A stretch of DNA of 62,765 nucleotides, counting the filler, from Dugesia japonica (taxonomy: Eukaryota), in assembly GCA_001938525.1 (NCBI GenBank). It is 7 parts of 7 records of this genome, joined end to end, with 100 filler letters (N's around TTAATTAATTAA, not from the genome) between each part and the next. Parts side by side here need not be neighbours in the genome. Positions count along the whole stretch, not along the records: positions 8,948 to 17,285 come from MQRL01544055.1; positions 17,386 to 26,360 come from MQRL01627389.1; 5 more parts are not named here. The stretch is one strand, 5' to 3'. Below, in pieces: positions 11,601 to 22,100 of the stretch. Both the position numbers and the translations under genes were made by a program. The stretch's first letter is position 1, and each line of letters starts with the position of its first letter. The notes under the pieces were generated by a model that was not told the origin of the DNA, did no database searches, and saw only the letters and a program-made list of their open reading frames with translations.

Positions 11601-13284
11601 TAAATTAAACTAAATTTATAAAATATCATTTAAAAACATTTAAACATAAAATTTATTTTTTAGTCATACGATATTCTGTGATTCGTGGAATATTTTATAT
11701 GGCAAAATAATTCTAAATATTTAAATTTAATATTGATTAACAAAAATAAATGTATGACCACAAGTTTTTGCTTTTCTTTCAATCTGACATTTGTGTTGTT
11801 TTCTAAACGCTAATGATAGAGATTGTAATTATATATGAAGCCTGATTTCGTTTATTTGCTCTGGACTTTTATATTCTAAGTCAATATTTAAACCATTTGC
11901 TACTTTTATTGTATCCTCTTCATAAAGCTGGTTTGCTATAGTTGGCGGATTAAGATTAAACAATTTTAGCAAATTAAGCATTAGAAAATTTGTTTTTTAA
12001 TGAATCTATATTGAAATCTCATTTTTTGATGCTTGTTTTTCTTCTTAATTATACGAAACTATCCAAAAATTAAATTTTCATCAAGGCGTGTAAGCCAGCT
12101 TCTAGTATATTCTCCAACTGATGTCGATAGAGTAATACCTCATTATTTGAAATCTCTTGAAAAGCATACATGAATATATAGACATTGTAAAAATTTTTCA
12201 GAGTTTCTGCTTTGTTAGTTTTACAATCGCTTAAGAAATCTATATAATTCAATCTTAGGTCTTTATCCTCAGTATTTGGATTTAATGATGTAAAATTTTT
12301 GGAATTTTGAATTGAACCATTTCTTTCTTGTATTCCTTTTTAATCTCTTTATTTTTGCCAACACAAATATCTATATTTTTCATCATTTTTTCCTGTTTCA
12401 AAGATAACGTATATATTTTGGTCATATTTTAAAAATAATGATTTATTTCGAAAATCATGAACTTATATACATGAAGATATGTAATAAAAATAAATTAATC
12501 GGATTGGCTAAAAATGGAAATAAGTTTGATTGGAGGTTTAAATCTATATATTCAAAATACAAATTAACTAAAATCATTTATTTTCAAAATGTGATATAAA
12601 TTTATTGGAAAATTATCAGTTATTGAAGACGATCATCGAAATGGAGAAGTTGAGCCAAATTTAGAATATGACGAAAAAGAATAGCCGACAACTGTATACG
12701 AGGAGGCAAAATATTTTGAAGCTACGAGAGCGTTATTTTTTACTAATTTAATATTTAAAAAATTATTGATTTAGAAATTATTGAATCTGATGTACAAATG
12801 ATGGAAAAAGCAGATTTGTCTAGAAAAATCGTCAAATACATTTGATAAAGGTTTGACTTAATTTCGTTTTAATTATTTTGTTTTAGATTTGTTCATAGAC
12901 TTACTTGGACTTTTTAATCCATGCCTTGGAGATGATATTCTTTATTGTGCACCAGAATTGATTTGGTTAAAGAAATGACCGGAGTGGACATAAAAAAGGT
13001 CATGAATATATACAATAAATATCATAAAGAAGATATTGATTGTGACAATTTTTCGGGAAAGAAAAAAGATTTGAAGAGAAAAAATATTGATAATATCCAG
13101 AGTCTAATAAAAGAAAATGTTAATAAATTTATGTAAATTAATTCATGTTATTAAATAAATGTTAATTTATAAAGTGTTTATCTTTATTATTATTGTACTT
13201 AATACTTTTTATTAAATACTTTTAAAAAAATGTAAAAAAATTAAAAATAAAATTTTTAAAAAAAAAATTCTTCATCCTTAAAAA

Positions 13285-13459
13285 CGATGAGTTACCCTGA
13301 TCTATGAAAACGATGCGCCATTGTCTTTTTTCCAGCCATTGGTGAGTCATACCAATGAGTCATTGTCTTTCTTCTAGTCATTGATGAGTCATATTTATGA
13401 CTAATTGACTTTGTTCTGAATGTTCTGGGTGATCCAGTGAGCTACTATCTACCTACTTT
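13285..13459. mobile_element. MULE-like TIR end with subterminal TGAGTCA repeats
   Basis: Ends CCAGTGAGCTACTATCTACCTACT, similar to the motifs at 7586, 9931 and 18003. Repeated (A)TGAGTCAT units lie inside. Confidence 0.5.
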
Positions 13460-14567
13460 CGCGCTCAAATAATTAAGCAAGTCAGTGCTATTTAAAGTGA
13501 ACGGTAGTATTTTCCTAACTTTATCTACCAACTTATAGGAATTAACCATAGAACTGGCAAAACGCGACCCGATCTTATATATGAATCCATTTATCATTCA
13601 CAATAAAACCGCAGGACCAGAAGTATTTTAGAAATTCAAGGTAAAATAATTCAAGTTTGTATGAAAATAATAAGCTAACCAACTGATGTTTCTAATTTAG
13701 CGTTTTGCAATCATTATTAACTTTTGACTAGCACCGTCGTTAAAGTTGTACGACAACCGAATAAATAATTTCTAGTAGTTTATTGTGGTGGTAAACATGT
13801 CGAACTAGTAATATAACGGTTTTCATTTTGAATTTGTTAGATTTATTTTACATAATTTTGATTTTAATATTTATATTTTATTTCAATTTCGTTTTATTAC
13901 TTTTTTGAGTATTTTCGAAATATTTTAAATAACTTTGTAAAGGAAATTAACCTTGAAAAAATAATTTTCAAAATTTAATTAAATAACAATGAAAAATTAA
14001 AAAAATAATAGTTCAATTATTTTGTTAAATCGATTTTTATTTATATTGAAGAAAAAAACAATTATGGGAAATGTAATTATCTAGTTTCCAAATAATATTC
14101 CCTATTGTATTATTCTATCGGAAAATGATTTATGTATTAAATCGAAAAAAATAAGAAAATAACTAAAAGCTGGCTTTAATTAATTAAAATCCAATGTTTT
14201 ATTTATTCCAAAAGATTTTGAGAGAATAATTTAACAAATAATTAAATACACACAATTTTAGATAAAACATGAAACCGAATTACTTTAAAATATAAATTTA
14301 TTGTGAAATTTTCTTTCAAATAATCTTAACAATTTTTTTATATATTCATTAATTGTCAGATATTGTATTATATTGTAATGTGATGTATTATATTATTTGA
14401 AATTGCTTTATATTGTAATGCATTATATTGTATTGTGTTGTATTGTATTGTATAATGTTCTAACATTAAATTATAGTATAAGTTTTATGATATAGTGAAC
14501 GGTTGCTCATAAAGTGCTAGTATTTTCAAATTAGTAGTTATAAAAATAAAAATAATTATAATAAAAA

Positions 14568-15300
14568 TGTTGGGCTGAAACACACGGTGTTAAAAGAAAA
14601 TAAAGGCCAGGGACCCAAATCAGAAAATAATAGCGAAGTAGGTTGTGAAGAAAACTAGTAAGAACTAATTATCATCTAATGGGAATTATAACCATTTTGT
14701 CAATAAAAACCTGANGAGAATGCAACAGATAATAAGAAGATACCAGCTGAATGAAATAAGGGTTCAAATCAACCACATAATCAAAAGAAAATAAGTAATT
14801 ATAATAAAAAAGCAGAAAATTATTATTAAAACTAATATTTAATTACTGAGGAAAAATTAACTAATTTTAGTGGAAAAAGAATAAAAATTAGACAAAAATC
14901 TGTTTTTCAAAGATATCTCAGCTTAGAAAAATNATAGAGACTTTTAGCAAGAAAAACTGGAAGGAAAAGGTAACTGGGCAAGAATNTTTTAACAAGAAAA
15001 CTTTGCCACTATCAGAAGGCTCATAAAAATGGTTTGAAGATTCAACCAATAGCAGTTCAAAAAAAGAAACATAAAACGAAGAAAGAAAAACCACGTGGTG
15101 TTCCAAACATATGCACCAATAGTGTAGCGGAAAATTGTCAAAAGTTTTAGAATTACAGACAAAACACCAATGAAAAACGAGAAACTAAAAACAAAAATAG
15201 AAGCCCAATACAAAGAAAGTTGGGGTGCAAGGAAAAGGNTATAAAAGCTTCAAAATATTTTATTGAAAAAACAATATTTTACAATAGTTTTAAAGTATTA
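14568..15300 (+). mobile_element. LTR-like promoter segment homologous to 500-1349
   Basis: Starts TGTTGGGCTGAAACAC; several CCAAT boxes, CACGTGGT, and TATAAAAG at ~15240. Confidence 0.5.
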
Positions 15301-15946
15301 GAGAATTCATTATTAGCTATTGGTCATTAATTGGAGAACTAATATAATACGTATTAATTTCCAAGAAAAAAATCAGTTTTCATCAGTAAAAAAAAAATTC
15401 CAGTTTTCATTACTATGAATAATATTATGATGAAATAAGATAGAATGGTCTTTGTCTTTTTGCTATTATGATAAGAAGTTTTGTTTGGGAACTTAAAAAA
15501 AATTTTTTAATTACTGTGTGGTGGTTACTTTCCATTGTTATTATAATAATTGCAATTGTCAAGACAAGGTCACAACATTGTCTTTTATCACGTCATTAGG
15601 GCTATTACATTGAGTATTATTGTTTATTTTTTATGGTGGTTAATTCCCGTAGTAATACCCTTATTGACATTCCTATTGACATTATGAATCTTATTATTGC
15701 TATAGAGATCATCATGGTATTAGGTTAACTCAATTATCATTTTGGTTATCTTTATCATTATGATATCATTATTATGGTTACTATTATCTATAACAAATGT
15801 ATCAATTTTCGTTATTACAAATTTTCTGTAACTTTGCCAATAACCTTACTAGTACCATTAGTTTTTCCATCATTAGAGTTATTTTACTCAAACAGGTACT
15901 CTAAAGTTATACATTTATTATCAATACAATTGGGACGTTAAAGAAA

Positions 15947-17255
15947 TTGTTATTTTGGATTCTCAGTTCACAAATTACGATGTTCAACATTCTATCAAAA
16001 ACCCTAAGACAGATTCATAAGAAGAGACATAATGCTCGTAGGAAACAACTGATAGGTCATTTACCCTTCCCTGATATTATCCTCCATCCCAACGAATTGG
16101 ATCTTCATTGTATTGTAGAGTTCTTTCCTTTCCCATGGGAAGTAGATTTAGATAATAAGGTGGAATAACTCCTTGTCGCATGAATTTGATTTGTTTTATG
16201 TTGCTGATAAAATAATTATTAACTCTATTTTTAAACATTTAATGACTTATTGGTTTTTTTCATTGAAGTAAATCTGTTAACATTATCGTTACTCAATATT
16301 TATTTTAGTGGAATACAAGTGGGAGATTCTTTTAGACCGTAGAACCGGTAGGACTATATCTAAAAGGTATAAAAATCCCTATAACCGAAATGCAGGGGTT
16401 CTGGTGGACAGATCGAACCTGATTACCATAGAAGTGGAAGAAGAGAGGCACTGTGACGCTACTAAGCGCCAGGTCTATTTAGATTGGTCCGGTCCCAATC
16501 GAGCTCAAGAAGTGTCACATACTGCCATAGCTTTTCTACCCATCCATAATGAAGATTTCCATACNGTAAGTGAATGNAGAGAGGGTCCATCGGTCGTGAG
16601 CATGACAACTGAGCATCTTCTTTCTTATTCCAATTTAAGTGCCTTCATTCAGAACAATCTATGGAACGTAAGGAATGCCGAAGATGGTGGCAGTTCCGAA
16701 AACTCTACCACTACCACCAATAACGTTATAAGGTAGTAATTAACTATGCGACTTTTAAATAATAATAAAAGTATTCTTGCTGTAAGTGATGTCTTTAGGT
16801 ATCTGTTTTAATTTATCTTTTTATCCACAATCATTAAGATGGATAGTAATAATTGGAGTATTAGGTCATTATTTGATCTTTGCCTTTCTGTAATTATTGA
16901 TGTCTTTTTCGTTTTCAGTGCATTCATCGCTAAATCGATTGCCTGCTTCCACCAAACAAGAAACGAGCGATGACACCAAAATGACATGGGATCTATATCG
17001 TCTCACCAAACGTTGTTGGGAGGCGGATACGGCAACGGCCAAAGGTAAGGTAAAACGCTATAAAGCTAAATGTATAGCATTCCGGAAAGAGGCCGAGGCA
17101 TCCCATGTCCAGGAACGGTTATGGACAAGTCAAATCAAATCGTTCGTAGAAATTATCCGGTCCCTCCATGACCGATATTCTTACATTAAGGAAGGCCATG
17201 CTTCTCGAACCATTTAATGGTTGATAAGGGCACACAAACCTCACGTCCATACCTT
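15947..17255 (+). pseudogene. Copy 2 of dispersed three-ORF module (ORF A 15947-16168, ORF B 16309-16736, ORF C 16919-~17255)
   Basis: Protein-level homology to 1821-3590. ORFs B and C begin at AG|TG acceptors. ORF C carries a deletion and frameshifts before MVDKGTQTSRP. Confidence 0.75.
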
Positions 17256-17285
17256 TTTTGTTCATTTAATATTGTAAATAAAAAT

Positions 17286-17385
17286 NNNNNNNNNNNNNNN
17301 NNNNNNNNNNNNNNNNNNNNNNNNNNNNNTTAATTAATTAANNNNNNNNNNNNNNNNNNNNNNNNNNNNNNNNNNNNNNNNNNNN
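17286..17385. other. Artificial scaffold linker
   Basis: N44-TTAATTAATTAA-N44. Confidence 0.95.
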
Positions 17386-17551
17386 CTCTGTAATTCTGAC
17401 CGATACATTCTGACCATTTAATATAAATTTTGACCAAAACTGTATTAAAATTCTGACTGGAAAAATACGGGCCTTAATTTATTCAAGATTTTTTTTATTG
17501 AAATAGAATAATTTTTGGAATTTATTTTAATTATTATACACTACATTGATT

Positions 17552-17690
17552 TTAGGTTTCGCCTTTAAATGTTTCTTTACAAATGCTGCATGTTATTTTG
17601 TAAGTGACATTTTTCTCATTGCATATTGCATTTCTACCATCACAAATAAATTTGGGATCACAAAAGGTTTGTAGTGTTTTCTGTAACAAA
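17552..17690 (-). mobile_element. Penelope-type GIY-YIG endonuclease fragment
   Basis: CDPKFICDG..ICNEKNVTYKITCSICKETFKGET matches the C..NVIYKITC..C...YIGET signature. Confidence 0.7.
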
Positions 17691-17713
17691 TAGCATCTAG
17701 TTGAATGAAAAAC

Positions 17714-18181
17714 AGCAATAACAGGTCTGTGATACACATAGATATCCGGGGCCGCACGCGCGCTACAATGGCAGTTCCAACGAGTATTCCTTACTAGAAA
17801 TAGTTGGGTAATTTTGAGGTAAACCCTGTCGTAACAGGGATTGTAAATTGTAATTATTTCACATGAACTTGGAATTCCTAGTAAGCTCAAGTCACTAGCT
17901 TGCGTTGATTACGTCCCTGTCCTTTGTTTACACCGCCCGTCCAAATGTGGGCGGGGCTATGACTCATTGGAGGGGGTTGGGTACCCAAAGGGGCCCCGGT
18001 TTGGTGCGCTCATATCTACCTACTCGCTACTACCGATTGAATGATTTAGACAGATTGTTGGATTCTGATCTAAGAAATGACAGCATTTCTATGAATGGGA
18101 AAAAACACTCAATCTTGATCATTTAGAGGAAATAGAAGTAGTAACAAGGTTACCGTAGGTCAATCTGCGGAATTATCATTA
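17714..18181 (+). pseudogene. 18S rRNA 3'-terminal fragment (degenerate) with an 84-nt insertion at 17942-18025
   Basis: Contains GCAATAACAGGTCTGTGAT, GGCCGCACGCGCGCTACA, GGAATTCCTAGTAAG, GATTACGTCCCTG, CACCGCCCGTC / GCTACTACCGATTG and GTAACAAGGTT.CCGTAGGT...ATCATTA. It has substitutions at universally conserved sites, and no 5.8S follows. Confidence 0.92.
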
Positions 18182-18289
18182 TTAGTTCATAACAGTTTAA
18201 ATAGTAACTAAAATTTACATACCCAAAAATTTCATTTAAAACATTTTGCATATTAAAAATGAAACATTATTATAAAATGAATCAAAATA

Positions 18290-18770
18290 GTTAAAAATGT
18301 AGAAAATTTAAGTAAAAAATGAAAGTGAAAATGTAGAAATTGAAAGAAAAACTGTTGGAAACGAAAGAAAATGTTTAAATTGAAAGAGAAAATGTTAAAA
18401 GTGGAAGAGAAACTGTTGAAATTGAAAGAAAAACTGTTGGAAATGAAAGAGAATGCGTAGAAATTGAAAGAGAACATGTAGAAATTGAGAGAGAAATGTT
18501 GAAAGTGAAAGATAAAATGTTAAAAGTCAAAGATCAAATGTTAAAAGTGGAAGAGAAACTGTTGAAAACGAAAGAAAAAGTTGAAATTGAAAGAAAAAAG
18601 TTGAAATTGAAAGAGAATGCGCAGAAATTGAAATAGAAAATGTTGAAAGTGAAAGAGAAATGATAAAAGTGGAAGAAAACTGTTGAAATTGAAAGAGAAG
18701 ATGTAGAAAATAAAAGAAAAAAGTTGAAATTGAAATAAAAAATGTTGAAAGTGAAAGAGAAAGTGCTGCA
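18290..18770. repeat. ~21-bp minisatellite (AAATGTTGAAATTGAAAGAGA-like), probably subterminal array of a non-autonomous DNA element ending at 18913
   Basis: About 20 degenerate 21-nt units, followed by a GC-richer end GAGAGCTGCCTCCGTA. Confidence 0.75.
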
Positions 18771-19168
18771 TATGGATATAATAATATAAGATATGCATGA
18801 GAATATAAAAAATGTGGTAAAATAGTTAGGCAAGCTCTCTTTCATAGATTGAGAATACGGATACTCAAAATTTTGCCGAGCCGGATAAAAAGCGTTCGAG
18901 AGCTGCCTCCGTACCACGAGTTGTAGGTTGGAAACTCCTGCTCTATTTCAACGAATTACACAACTAATTTTATACTAACGAAACACAACGCGTCCGGATT
19001 ATTTGCTGGAGCTTAAATACTTTTGAATTTCAATTATTATTGTCGTTTATGAAGTTAAAGTTAAAAATTATTACAAAAAAAATATCATTTTTTCTTATTA
19101 ATTATTATTAAATTATTTTCAGAACAATAAATTAGTAAATTTATATCCAAAATCAAATATCTACTTAC

Positions 19169-22100
19169 GAAATTTTTCTAATTTACTAATAGCAGTAAAT
19201 TCACCAACATCTTTTTGTTCAATTCTTTTCTTCCATTGTTCATCAACTTGTAATTTTTCTTGTAAATTGGAGATGACAACACTACCAGGACGAGGTTTCT
19301 GATCTATATCTAGATCTTTATTGAGACGACGTTTCCAATTATTTTCACCTTGAGATTGCATTTGAGAAATTCTAAAAATAAGTTATGGTTTTATTAAGTC
19401 TAATTTTATAGTTGACATTAATGGATAATATTTCTCACCGATCTTTAATACTTTGATTAGATTCAATAAAATCTACATTACTGCTTTCCATATCAAGCTT
19501 CGTAATTGGCTGAGTTAAATGTGGTTTTCTAGAATATACTTTTGTTTGCTTATAACTTTTCTCTTCTTCGTTTTTAGACTTACTAAAAGTATTGAAAATT
19601 TTAAATTTGGAAATTATAAAATTGAAATATCATCAAAAATGAAATATTACTCTCATTTTATAATCTTTAAAAATAATTTCGTAGTCCTAAATTAATTTCG
19701 TCAAAATAATTTCGTCGAGTTAGATTTAAATTCAATAATTTTATCACTATTATAGATTAATTAAATTTGATTTAGATAAACACATTCAAATCATTGTTAA
19801 TTTCAAATAAACTAACAAAGTTAATTTTCGTGAAACTACTGCATTCTTAGGAATTTTTTGTTGAACGATTTCTTCTTTTTTATCACAGCTTTTTATGAAA
19901 TCTTTAACTTTAATTGTTGGTATAATTTCTTCATCCATGGATTTTAAAACATTTGGTTTTGAATTAATTAAACAACTTTGTGCTCTTAATATTGCATTAG
20001 ACTTTTTTAATCTTACTGGTGATTTATTATCATTGGTTTTGTTTGAAGATGCATTGCTTTCTTCTGAAAAATCAACCAGAGTTTCATTGCTGTTTGTTAT
20101 TGAAGGTGAAGCTGAAATAATAAGTATTTTAATATTTTAAAATTATAGAAATATTACCAATTGTACTAGCAACTTCACTTTGATCCAGAATCATGGCATT
20201 TGCTCGAGCAATGTCATCAAACGATAACGGCTAAAATAAATTGATGAAATGTTTTTACATAATTTCAAAGTTACAAAATGATATAAGCATATGAATAAAA
20301 ATTAGCCAGTTAAATCTTTAATAAATAATTGCAGTGTTGTAAAATAAATATCAGACAAACTTCATTAATTACTTAAATTCATTATGAATTTATACTGAAT
20401 ATTACAAAAATATGTCTTGAATGTCAATTTTTTATGCTTAGATGTCAAAATTTCTGTTGAAATTGAAAACTGTTCAATGAATTTTGAATAAATCCGTTAA
20501 ATGGTGGATAAAACAAATAAAATTATAACTTTAATCAAAACACAATGCTAATGACAATAAAGTGCTTATATTAAAAATACTTTAGAAACCAGATTGTTTC
20601 TACGTTTTTGAAAATGTTTAATAACATCTTTATATAAATGAGTAAAAAAATTCTAGTTGTCGATACATGCACAATTTTCTTTAAGCACTAGACAATTTTA
20701 TTTTTTTCAGTTTCCGAAAATATTTAAAATTAGCTATATATTAATTGAAACGATAAAAATATTATGTAATATTAATTTAAGATGAAAATAAATTGACATT
20801 AAACTTTCAAGTCAAGTTAATTATAATCTTATAGATTTCATTAGTGCAAATTTTATTTTTCTTTTACAAAACTATTTCATAAAGAAAAGAAATAAGTTAT
20901 TTATTGCTGTTTGTAGCCGACCTAATTGTTAAATTTAAGTTTGGTTTTGTATTTAAACGATTTTCTTTTCAAAACATATTGGAAAATTTTCCAAATGTCT
21001 TTAAAAATAAGATAGTTAGCAGGCAACTGTTTAAGAGAGAAAATTAACTTAATTAAAAGAGAAAATGTACTCAAATTTATTTTGATGCTGATCACCAATA
21101 CTGGATTATGACGTTAGCTAAAAATAAATACATTTGAAATACCAGACAGCTTTCTTCATGGTGAACTAGGGCTTCGACAAAAGTACAATTCAAATAATGT
21201 CCAAAATTAATATCTTTCAAGTATTTTCAGCGTCAACTTATGTCATGTTTTGAACAAGCTGAAATGTTTTCATGTCTAGATCGACGAAGAAAATCAAAGG
21301 AAGAAAACTTAAACTGATGAAAATTGATATCAATTGATATCAATTCAAATTATAGTTGTTTACATTTTCCTTAATAGAACTTTATATAGAATCGTGTTTT
21401 TTCACAATAATATTAACAGTTATTAAATATACATATATTTATTTAATATGCTTTACCAGTTCACAAATGAACTTTACTATTAGATCATACGGAAAGTAAC
21501 CGCGGATTTTTCAATAGTCCAGATTTTCAAGAATATTTATGAAGAATATCTAATTCCAAATGATTTTTGTGTTAATAAAATTAATAACCATGTTTTTTAT
21601 ATATATTGCAAAGGCTTTTCTTTTATATTATTTTTCTAGTTACAAATTTCCATTTCAAACATATTGATCACTTCTTGTCCGCAAAAATGGCCAAACATCA
21701 AAGCGATATCGAAACAATATTTTCCTCACTTTCGGAGCCATATCGCTTGGGAAATGCCTTTTGAAATAATTTTCATCTACTTTATCATATCATACTTTTA
21801 TATTCGTTTTCTAGCAGTCACAGATATCAACGTTATTTTATTCTTGTCAGGTAAATCTTCAATTTTTGATTCATTTTGAAAATCAGAACTCATATTGTTA
21901 GACATTTTTTATTTTACTACTANNNNNNNNNNNNNNNNNNNNNNNNNNNNNNNNNNNNNNNNNNNNNNNNNNNNNNNNNNNNNNNNNNNNNNNNNNNNNN
22001 NNNNNNNNNNNNNNNNNNNNNNNNNNNNNNNNNNNNNNNNNNNNNNNNNNNNNNNNNNNNNNNNNNNCTATTTCAACCATTTTCACATGGCTTATATTTC

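Noticed and set aside
17942-18025. Group I or spliceosomal intron in 18S
   Set aside because: Too short for a group I core, lacks GT-AG ends, and its end matches a transposon terminus motif.
17714-18181. Functional rRNA gene
   Set aside because: 5'-truncated, mutated at invariant positions, interrupted, and without a downstream 5.8S.
18253-18917. Phe-rich minus-strand ORFs that look like membrane proteins
   Set aside because: They are translations of a 21-bp minisatellite.
21071-21300. Additional supervillin exons
   Set aside because: The candidate exons contain stops in the required phase. The 24218-24263 exon joins 20230 cleanly to form RFKTQP.
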